Positions 9,000 through 15,932 of a DNA stretch of 18,778 nucleotides are shown here, piece by piece; position 1 is the stretch's first letter, and each line of letters begins with the position of its first letter. Source of the DNA: Candidatus Thorarchaeota archaeon. GTDB taxonomy: Archaea > Asgardarchaeota > Thorarchaeia > Thorarchaeales > Thorarchaeaceae. The notes under the pieces are model-generated. The model saw only the letters and a list, made by a program, of their open reading frames with translations. It searched no databases and was not told where the DNA came from. Position numbers and translations under genes: made by a program. The stretch is taken from NCBI GenBank assembly GCA_038893995.1, contig JAWAQK010000048.1:1-18778 (forward strand). The letters are read 5' to 3'.

Positions 9000-9016
9000 C
9001 CTAATAATTCTTCTTG
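9000..9016 (-). promoter_or_regulatory. Candidate promoter of the cas operon
   Basis: AT-rich AAGAAGAATTATTAGG on the minus strand about 30-45 nt upstream of the proposed cas6 start, in otherwise GC-rich DNA. Confidence 0.4.
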
Positions 9017-9177
9017 TAACGGGCCCCGCACGAGGAACTCGCCGAACAGAGCAGGGACCAATGAGTCTCTTTCGCCCAGGAGCCCCCAGTGCCACACGGT
9101 GCTGTTAGTCAGATCGATGCCCGAGTGGTCAACTGTGCCGGACATAAAGTCCATATGGGAGCTAGATCGCGAGGCCA

Positions 9178-10092
9178 ATGAGGCCTATCGTGATGCAGCT
9201 TGACCTCTGGGAAGCATTTGTGGCCCTGATCGAAGGTATACTGGCTCCGTACGGGCTTCAGTCTCTGTCACCCTTTGTGGCCCTGATTCCCTTTCTGGTG
9301 CTTATCTATGTGGCACACCTGATCGTGATCAGGACACTGCGGATCTCCTTCAGAAGACTGGGAATGCCCCCAGAGGCCTCCAGCGGTGTTGTGTTCGTCG
9401 TCAGGCTCGTTTTCTTTGCCATAGCCATCGTGGCCATCATGGCGGTGTCCAACATTCTCCTAGGACAGTCAGCACTTGCAGTCTCTACCCTCGTTGGTAC
9501 AGCGATTGGTCTCGCCTTCTCTCGGGCCCTGGGAAACCTAGTCTCAGGAATCTACGTGCTCGGAGCGAGACCCTTCCGCGTTGGCGATTATGTGAGAATA
9601 GGCGACCAAGAGGGGATTGTGCTTGAGATCACCCTCAACTACACCAGACTTCTCCTTCCGAACCACATAAGGTCGATCATCCCGAATGGTCGAGTTGTCG
9701 ACGCAGGAGTCGTAAACTACAGAGTACGGGTCGATGAGTACCTCGAGGAGAGGGGAGTCGAATACCGACGTGAGCACGGCGAAGAGAGTCTTCTGAGGAC
9801 AGGTATGGCCGCTCTGAAGCAGCTGACACTTGGAGACGAGGTCTACCGACATGCCTTTGACGTGTTCGTACACAAGGACTACCCCCTGGCTCAAGTTCTG
9901 GCACAGTTCGAGAGTGTGTGTGACAAGTGGGCGCAGAAGTTCCTAAAACGGCCCGAGTACACATTCATGGGAATACAGTCAGTGGGGCTGATATACAGTT
10001 TCGCGTACATGGTCAAGAACTCCGCAGACATAATCACTCTTGGCAACGCCTTCCGACAGGAGGTCTGCCAGACACTGATGGGGCAGAGGTAG
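9178..10092 (+). CDS. mscS: Small-conductance mechanosensitive channel (MscS family)
   Basis: Three hydrophobic helices, AIGLAF..ALGNLVSG, RPFRVGDYVRIGDQEGIVLEITLNYT and IIPNG. Start may be ATG 9193. Confidence 0.9.
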   Translation: MRPIVMQLDLWEAFVALIEGILAPYGLQSLSPFVALIPFLVLIYVAHLIVIRTLRISFRRLGMPPEASSGVVFVVRLVFFAIAIVAIMAVSNILLGQSALAVSTLVGTAIGLAFSRALGNLVSGIYVLGARPFRVGDYVRIGDQEGIVLEITLNYTRLLLPNHIRSIIPNGRVVDAGVVNYRVRVDEYLEERGVEYRREHGEESLLRTGMAALKQLTLGDEVYRHAFDVFVHKDYPLAQVLAQFESVCDKWAQKFLKRPEYTFMGIQSVGLIYSFAYMVKNSADIITLGNAFRQEVCQTLMGQR

Positions 10093-10266
10093 GAGGTCCC
10101 AGAGAGATGTGCACCCCACGGGGTAGACCCCAGCGGGGCCGAGTTGCCCCGAAGGTCCGGGTGTGTACCCATCACCCCCGACAGGACAATCAATGCACCT
10201 CAGTCGGAGTACCGGCGTTCAAGGTCGTAAGGGGATGTCTCCCGCGGACGGACCTGCAGATGTGCC

Positions 10267-11088
10267 CTACTTCGACGCTCCAGTAAGCACCGCTCTCCCC
10301 CTACGGGACAGGGAGTCTCGGGGATTGAACGCGATGACCAGCAGAGCTGCCACAGCGTAGACTGTCATTAGGTAGAGACTGTCCATCGCGTACCCCGTCT
10401 CCATCAGGAGGACAATCCCTGCCGCATTTGTACCAGCGTGGAAGAGCGTAGGGATGATCAGATTCCCATCTGTAGAGTTGTACAGCCAGACGTAGACTAG
10501 CGAGAGCAGGATGCTGTCTATGAAGAAGACACTGTAGCTGCCATAGTTTGCCAGCATCTGACTGTCCCTCATCATGAAGAGTGGCCAGTGCCAGAGAGCC
10601 CAGAAGACGCCGACCACGACTCCGGACGTCATGGCACCGTGTCTCTCCTGTAGCTTTGGGAGCGCATAGCCGCGCCAACCGATCTCCTCCCAGACATTCA
10701 TCACTATGGACGAGAGGAATGCAGGAACAAACAGCATCAGATTCAGAGACTGAAGATTGTAGGGGTTACCGGAGACCGAACTCAGTAGGATGGCTGCAGC
10801 AAACATGATCACCGGCAGAAGGATCGCAACCACGTACCATCGTCCTGGAAACGACCGGCGACCAAACGCTGAGAAGACCATGTCCGGACCCCGGGGACCC
10901 TCTGACCGGCGAGATGCTATCAGTGCAGCAATCAGGGGAGACACCCCTCCCAGAAGCGCCAGGACGGAGTAGTCGGTCGGAATTATGCCATACGAACTCA
11001 GCATTGCGGGGACGTAGCCCATTGCTCCAATCAGCATGACCAGAAGGAAGAACACACCAGCATGTCTGTCGGACGAAGGAGCAGGCAA
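10267..11088 (-). CDS. CPBP family intramembrane metalloprotease (type II CAAX protease, Rce1/Abi-like), about 273 aa
   Basis: WEEIGWRGY (EExxxR), FWALWH and HAGTN motifs with multiple TM helices. Start reassigned to TTG 11088 with GGAGG at 11102-11098, because the longer ORF runs into the tRNA. Confidence 0.92.
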   Translation of the reverse strand: MPAPSSDRHAGVFFLLVMLIGAMGYVPAMLSSYGIIPTDYSVLALLGGVSPLIAALIASRRSEGPRGPDMVFSAFGRRSFPGRWYVVAILLPVIMFAAAILLSSVSGNPYNLQSLNLMLFVPAFLSSIVMNVWEEIGWRGYALPKLQERHGAMTSGVVVGVFWALWHWPLFMMRDSQMLANYGSYSVFFIDSILLSLVYVWLYNSTDGNLIIPTLFHAGTNAAGIVLLMETGYAMDSLYLMTVYAVAALLVIAFNPRDSLSRRGRAVLTGASK

Positions 11089-11255
11089 CGAATCTGACCT
11101 CCGAAACGATTTATGAATCTGATGTTGTACCGGCACGACCAGGTGTACCAGTTCACGATAGGTCCCTGAGGTCAGTCCTCCAGCCCAGGCTGTCGTAGGA
11201 ACCTCCGACAAGACTATACCGGCAACTGCCCTCTGGGAGATGTTCGGAACATGGA

Positions 11256-11332
11256 TGGTGGACCGGGCGCGATTTGAACGCGCGACCTCATGGATGCAAG
11301 CCATGCGATCTGCCGGGCTAATCTACCGGCCC
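11256..11332 (-). tRNA. tRNA-Ala(UGC), intronless, CCA encoded
   Basis: GGGCCGG TA GATT AGCCCGGCA GATC G CATGG CT-TGC-AT CCATG AGGTC GCGCG TTCAAAT CGCGC CCGGTCC A CCA: full cloverleaf, G3:U70 alanine identity pair, A73, archaeal-style TTCAAAT T loop. Confidence 0.97.
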
Positions 11333-11360
11333 ACACCATCCTGGTGTCCTGACAGAGTTG

Positions 11361-11373
11361 TCTTTTAACCCTT
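11361..11373 (-). promoter_or_regulatory. Candidate TATA box of tRNA-Ala
   Basis: Minus strand AAGGGTTAAAAGA, with TTAAAA about 31-36 nt upstream of tRNA position 1. Confidence 0.55.
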
Positions 11374-11543
11374 GTGCACTCAACTCAACATGCGTTGTTC
11401 GAGAGAGGGTGAACAGACCCGAATGGGATAGGCCGGGCATCGTCTGGTCTGAATCCAGTACCCCGCTGAACTGGCAGCCTGTTGGTCAGAACAAGATTAA
11501 GATAGCCATAGACGCTCGAAATATGAATCGGTGAGAGAGGCAA

Positions 11544-12062
11544 TTGACCTCAGGCCCTGACAGACCACTCAAGTTGGCGGTACTAGGTGCCGGGGGAGTA
11601 GGCAAGACCACTCTTATCACACGGTTGACTACAGGTCGTTTCCTGCAGAGAAAGATGACTGTCGGATTCGATGTTGAGTCGTGGGTGGTCCGCTCAGAAG
11701 GGGTTCCAGTGCTCAAGGTCTCAATGTTTGACCTTGGGGGCCAACCTCAGTTCAGGTTCTTCCAGACAGATCTGCTCACTGGCGCCAGGGCAGCAATGCT
11801 TGTCTTTGACTGTACCTCATTCGCCACACTCCTGTCCCTGAGCGAGTGGCTCGACATGGTGACCTTTGTGCCAGATGACAACAAGCTCATTGTCGGGAAC
11901 AAGGCGGAGAAGCCAGAGAGGGTACCAGACGACGTCATTGCAGAAATCTGTGGTGAATACGGCGTGAAGTACGTGCTAGTCAGTGCATTGACTGGCTGGA
12001 ATATCGAGTTGGTGGAGGCATGGTTGTGTTCACTGTGCAGGCGCCTCTGTGAGAACAGCTGA
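11544..12062 (+). CDS. Ras-superfamily (Rab-like) small GTPase, 172 aa
   Basis: G1 GAGGVGKT, G2 MTVG, G3 DLGGQ, G4 NKAE, G5 SAL; RabF-like segments VGFDV, LLTGA and LVFDCT; TTG start with GGTGAGAGAGG upstream. Confidence 0.93.
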   Translation: MTSGPDRPLKLAVLGAGGVGKTTLITRLTTGRFLQRKMTVGFDVESWVVRSEGVPVLKVSMFDLGGQPQFRFFQTDLLTGARAAMLVFDCTSFATLLSLSEWLDMVTFVPDDNKLIVGNKAEKPERVPDDVIAEICGEYGVKYVLVSALTGWNIELVEAWLCSLCRRLCENS

Positions 12063-12116
12063 CATAAAGAGATATGACTCTGTTCTGTATGGAATAAGCA
12101 GACGGAGGCAGTACCG

Positions 12117-12623
12117 TTGCCGAGGGATATCACTGTAAACTGTGCCAAGTGTGGTGAACCGGTAAGGATAGAGGTCCTACCTGAGGAGACATCGAGGCAG
12201 ACGGATGGCATCCTACGAGTCATGGTTGCACATGGTACACCGCCTCACGCGATAGTTGTATACATCGACAGGTACTTTCGAGTCAGAATGATGGAGTATC
12301 CTGATGTCTTCAAGTTCGATCAGCGTCGGTCCTCAGAGATTGTCCGTGTCGCAGAGTTGCCTGAGTCACTCTCTGATGCCTACGGCGAGCCATGCTATCA
12401 ACCACTCTACTCGTACGACGAGGTGAGGGAACGAGAGAAGACATCTTTCCTCCTGGATCGCGAAGTGCTGAGAGTCATATGCGAGTCGGGCATCATATGT
12501 CTAAGTGAGATCAGAAGAAAGGTTGCACACCTCGAGAGGGCCATGAACGAGAGGATCGACCTTGCCCAGCTACAGGCCATCTGTGATAGGTACGTCAGAG
12601 AGGGTCTGATCAAGGTAGCATGA
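12117..12623 (+). CDS. Hypothetical protein: N-terminal CxxC...HxxxxH metal site plus C-terminal winged-helix-like domain
   Basis: CAKC and HGTPPHAIVVYID; C-terminal LDREVLRVI..LSEIRR..LQAICDRYVREGLIK fits a wHTH pattern; GGAGG at 12104-12108 before TTG. Domain calls are by eye. Confidence 0.75.
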   Translation: MPRDITVNCAKCGEPVRIEVLPEETSRQTDGILRVMVAHGTPPHAIVVYIDRYFRVRMMEYPDVFKFDQRRSSEIVRVAELPESLSDAYGEPCYQPLYSYDEVREREKTSFLLDREVLRVICESGIICLSEIRRKVAHLERAMNERIDLAQLQAICDRYVREGLIKVA

Positions 12624-12691
12624 AGCATAAGACCTCAGTTCCCATGAAATAGCCTCATATATCAATGTTCAACCCTCTGGCGTGACCTGAG

Positions 12692-13180
12692 ATGTTCAGA
12701 TTCAGACGGCAAAAGGACGTAGGACGAAACTACGTCAACAGAATTGTGATCGGAGTTGGCGTGGGTCTCGTAAAGGCAAGGGACGTGATGCTGTCCTCAC
12801 AGGTAGACCCCCAAGGGGCGATGGATATTCTTGCGACCTGGATGGGACAGGAACTGGCCAAGGAACTACTGGCGCAGAAGATAGCATCGCCATCTGACGA
12901 TGCAGAACATGTTCTTGAGAAGCTCCTGGATGAGATCAGGGTCGCTGAGGACCTGACTGTGGACTTTGAGGGGAACACTGCACACATATCAGTCAGGAAC
13001 TGCCTGATATGCCCCCGACGGGTCGGAGGCTACGACCTGGAGGGTTTCACGGCCTGTCCCGTGGGTGGTATTGTGAGGGGTGCCATCACCACCATATCTG
13101 GGAAGAGACCTCTTCTCACCAGAGTTGACCTCAAGACGGCAGAGATCTGTAGGATGGACGTCAATCTGAGCATGAGCTGA
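12692..13180 (+). CDS. V4R / methanogen-output / Bet3(TRAPP)-like fold protein
   Basis: WMGQELAKEL helix, HISVRNCLICP, CPVGGIVRGAI and a terminal C-x-hydrophobic strand (ICRMDV), as in V4R/HNOX-TRAPP clan proteins. Confidence 0.65.
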   Translation: MFRFRRQKDVGRNYVNRIVIGVGVGLVKARDVMLSSQVDPQGAMDILATWMGQELAKELLAQKIASPSDDAEHVLEKLLDEIRVAEDLTVDFEGNTAHISVRNCLICPRRVGGYDLEGFTACPVGGIVRGAITTISGKRPLLTRVDLKTAEICRMDVNLSMS

Positions 13181-13316
13181 GTCCCCTCAGACAGTCCTGA
13201 GGTACATGAGTGGAACATGGCATACGACCACACGATCTGAACTGCGACTCGAAGCACAGGTCAAGATCTGAGCCTGCTCAGTCGACATGCCAGACGACCC
13301 TTGGCCTCGAAGCAGG

Positions 13317-13324
13317 TATTTAAG
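13317..13324 (+). promoter_or_regulatory. TATA box of the Lrp regulator gene (short or no 5' UTR)
   Basis: TATTTAAG ends 28 nt before ATG 13353. Confidence 0.55.
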
Positions 13325-13352
13325 TTCAGTGAGGCGATGTGTATTGGTCCAG

Positions 13353-13868
13353 ATGCTCAGCACAGAACAGAATCCCTATAGGCGCACTGACGAGGAGCTA
13401 CGGAGGCTACTTAGCGGAAAGGATGTAGATATCCTTGACGTCCGCATCTTGTCCCTGCTTCAGATCGACGGCCGTGCCTCGTTCAACGCGATCGCGGATA
13501 AGCTGGGAATAAGCGTCGCAACAGTCAGTGCTCGTGTGAGAAAGCTTCAGGAGAGTGGAGTGCTCAAGGGATTCTCTGCAATTGTGTCCTGCGAGGGACT
13601 AGGTTTTACGGAGAATCTGTGGTTGATGGTCTATCTAGACCCTGAGAGTGATGCGACAGAGGTTGGAAACAGGATCGCTGGACTTCGGGGTGTGAAATGT
13701 GTCTACAGTGTTTTCGGCGAGTTTGATCTGCTGGCACACCTGTGCTGCGCCACTAGTGAGGACATTGACAACGCGCTCTCAGCAATCGGTAGGATAGAGG
13801 GCGTCAGAAGAGTTGCCAAGCTTGGCGTCCACAGGAAGATAAAGGAAGACTTTCGGGTCCAAATATAG
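13353..13868 (+). CDS. Lrp/AsnC family transcriptional regulator
   Basis: LDVRILSLLQIDGRASFNAIADKLGISVATVSARVRKLQESGVLKGF HTH and VYSVFGEFDL RAM domain; start moved to ATG 13353. Confidence 0.95.
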   Translation: MLSTEQNPYRRTDEELRRLLSGKDVDILDVRILSLLQIDGRASFNAIADKLGISVATVSARVRKLQESGVLKGFSAIVSCEGLGFTENLWLMVYLDPESDATEVGNRIAGLRGVKCVYSVFGEFDLLAHLCCATSEDIDNALSAIGRIEGVRRVAKLGVHRKIKEDFRVQI

Positions 13869-13870
13869 GG

Positions 13871-13898
13871 GGATGAGAACCGTCTAGGGTTCTCATCC
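13871..13898. terminator. Perfect 11-bp inverted repeat between the convergent lrp and yeeE genes
   Basis: GGATGAGAACC-gtctag-GGTTCTCATCC fills most of the 40-bp intergenic gap. Confidence 0.6.
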
Positions 13899-13908
13899 GA
13901 TCCTTCAA

Positions 13909-15000
13909 CTACTGCATGTCGTACTTGATGACCCTGAATATCGTCAATGCGGCAAACCAGACACCAAACATCATGAAGATGGTGAACACAAGGCTGCCGA
14001 CCGATAGCAGGGGTATTCCACTGAGCATATTGGTTATGTTACATCCCTGAGAGAACACAGCGCCGACTCCGAGTAGGAGTCCTCCGATGAATGCAATCAG
14101 TATTGGCTTTCCCGTCTTCGGAGAGGACAGTCTGTACTCCCCTGATACTCTTGCACCGATAAAGGAGCCGAGCACCAGGCCAAGCACCATCCAGGCAGGC
14201 CAGACTAGTGTCTCAAACGAACTGACCGTCCCAGACTGGAAGAGCCCAAGGATTCCCAGCCACCCATCGGTGATTGACAAGGGATAGTTCCGGTCTGGGA
14301 CCAGGGGGTCCGCCGTAGTTGCGGCGAATGATACGGCCCATGCCACCATGTTGACCACTGCCAATGATATGCCCGCGAGCCACCACTGCCAGTTCTTCTT
14401 GAACAAGGTCTCGACCAGACTCCCGCTACGTTCTGTCCGCCATTGTCTATAAGATGGCAGTATGAATCTCAGGGTCATCAGAGCGGTCAGGACTATTCCG
14501 GCCAGGAGCATCGTCGCTGCGTATGTCGTTATGTCCCCGGCGGGGTCGATCACTCCCACCCAGGTCAGGTTGCTGATACTGAGGAGCCCCTGGAGATACT
14601 CTCTTGCACCCTTAAGTATACCTGTGGCCGCAGCTGACGCACCTAGGGCGAGCCCAAGAAGGCCAAGGAAGGCGGTCATGAGACCCTCACCCGTCTTGTA
14701 GCTGACACCGCTCGCACATGCACCAGCCAGCACCATGCCGATTCCAAACACGAAACCGCCTATGACCTGGGCAAAGGGCTGGAAGGGCTTGGGCGAGGGA
14801 TCTACGAGTCCAGACAGTATCATTATTGAGAAACCGATCATGCTGACGAATATCGCAGTCAGAATCGCCTTGATCAGAGTGAAGTCCTTGAAGATGACTG
14901 GGTCTCTGATCGCGGAGTTGAAACACACACGTCCTCTCTGCAAGACCATTCCGAAGAGTATACCTACCAGTAGTCCGGATATTGCTGTCTCCAGTGCCAT
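13909..15000 (-). CDS. yeeE: YeeE/YedE (TsuA) family thiosulfate/sulfur-compound transporter
   Basis: LQRGRVCF, GGFVFGIGMVLAGACASG and GCNI carry the three conserved Cys; multi-TM; GGTGA site upstream. Confidence 0.93.
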   Translation of the reverse strand: MALETAISGLLVGILFGMVLQRGRVCFNSAIRDPVIFKDFTLIKAILTAIFVSMIGFSIMILSGLVDPSPKPFQPFAQVIGGFVFGIGMVLAGACASGVSYKTGEGLMTAFLGLLGLALGASAAATGILKGAREYLQGLLSISNLTWVGVIDPAGDITTYAATMLLAGIVLTALMTLRFILPSYRQWRTERSGSLVETLFKKNWQWWLAGISLAVVNMVAWAVSFAATTADPLVPDRNYPLSITDGWLGILGLFQSGTVSSFETLVWPAWMVLGLVLGSFIGARVSGEYRLSSPKTGKPILIAFIGGLLLGVGAVFSQGCNITNMLSGIPLLSVGSLVFTIFMMFGVWFAALTIFRVIKYDMQ

Positions 15001-15022
15001 AGTCTTCTCACCCTATATGATT

Positions 15023-15259
15023 TCATTTGACTGCCTCGAAGTACAGTGCCCAACCACCCGATTCCTCGTCGTCTTCCATGCCGAGGAACTTGTGCTTGGT
15101 CTTTGAGACGTAGCGCGGGGTGGCCTCGGTCGCAGGTCTGTAGTCCACGATCACCTTCAGGACAGTGCCGGGCTTCATCTTCCCCAGTTGTTGCACCGTC
15201 TTGATGGCTGGCACGGGGCAGACTGCGCCGCACACATTGAGTACTTCGTCATACTTCAT
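15023..15259 (-). CDS. yeeD: TusA/SirA family sulfur carrier, YeeD (TsuB)-like
   Basis: 78 aa with VCPVP, LKVIVD..PATEATP and a C-terminal W-x-hydrophobic strand; directly upstream of yeeE. Confidence 0.88.
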   Translation of the reverse strand: MKYDEVLNVCGAVCPVPAIKTVQQLGKMKPGTVLKVIVDYRPATEATPRYVSKTKHKFLGMEDDEESGGWALYFEAVK

Positions 15260-15310
15260 CCTGTATCATACTCCGGCCGCATGCAGCGGCCTAGGATTCG
15301 GTCTCCCGTC

Positions 15311-15382
15311 TATCAAATAAACGTTTTGTCTAGAGCACAATCTATAAACGAATGTATTGAAATCGGAACGAATGATAAACAA
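15311..15382. promoter_or_regulatory. Divergent promoter region between yeeD-yeeE and hdrCBA
   Basis: AT-rich island; TATAAA at 15343-15348 (plus) and TTTATTTG at 15321-15314 (minus). Confidence 0.6.
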
Positions 15383-15931
15383 ATGGTTGCCAAGAATGAG
15401 CAGGACGGGCGAACAGCGACTGACATACCACGTAGAGCGCAAGTGTACCACCCAGAGGTCAGGGACGAGAAGATCATTGCAGCACTGGCAGATGCTGGGC
15501 TCAACCCAAACGCCTGTATGCAGTGTGGAACGTGCACTGCGAGCTGTCCCTCAGGACGATGGACGGCAATGAGAACGAGGAACATTGTGGTACGCGCCTC
15601 GTATGGAGACCCTTCAGTCCTACAGGACGCAGATGTCTGGTTGTGCACCACATGCTACAGGTGCCATGACAGATGTCCCAGAAAACTGGAGGTGACAGAC
15701 ATCATCATTGAGCTGAGAAACTTGGCCTCTGAGAGAGGCCTGATGAGCGAGCAGCATCGGAAAGTCGTGACCCTGTTCCATACGACAGGCCATGCAGTCC
15801 CGATAAACGATGAGACAAAGACGATACGTAGGGAGCTAGGCCTACCAGAGTTACCACCAACGATCTTCAGGAATCCAGACGAGAGGAGAAAATTGGCTAC
15901 CCTGAGCTTCAGGACACGGAGGGAACACTAG
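15383..15931 (+). CDS. hdrC: Heterodisulfide reductase subunit C
   Basis: CMQCGTCTASCPSG and WLCTTCYRCHDRCP ferredoxin motifs, TGHAVP, RRELGLPELP; start moved to ATG 15383. Confidence 0.95.
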   Translation: MVAKNEQDGRTATDIPRRAQVYHPEVRDEKIIAALADAGLNPNACMQCGTCTASCPSGRWTAMRTRNIVVRASYGDPSVLQDADVWLCTTCYRCHDRCPRKLEVTDIIIELRNLASERGLMSEQHRKVVTLFHTTGHAVPINDETKTIRRELGLPELPPTIFRNPDERRKLATLSFRTRREH

Positions 15932-15932
15932 G

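Noticed and set aside
8271-9177. CreTA-like toxin-antitoxin or mini-array near cas6
   Set aside because: cas6 and cas8b overlap, leaving no room. The only repeat-like piece upstream (TTCTTCTTGTAAC, about 9008-9020) is short and has no partner.
11089-11304. N-terminal extension of the CPBP ORF
   Set aside because: It overlaps tRNA-Ala; a GGAGG plus TTG at 11088 gives a normal-sized protein.
11395-11480. Possible SRP RNA (GGGATAGGCCGGG resembles the archaeal 7S 5' end) or other ncRNA
   Set aside because: Too little space and no helix 8 motif; only weak hairpins.
13181-13286. Possible SECIS element after the V4R-like gene
   Set aside because: ATGA, AA and GA spacing does not fit, and the upstream genes have no plausible in-frame Sec UGA.
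15188-15382. Long N-terminal extension of hdrC in the ORF track
   Set aside because: It overlaps yeeD on the opposite strand and the AT-rich promoter; ATG 15383 fits HdrC length.
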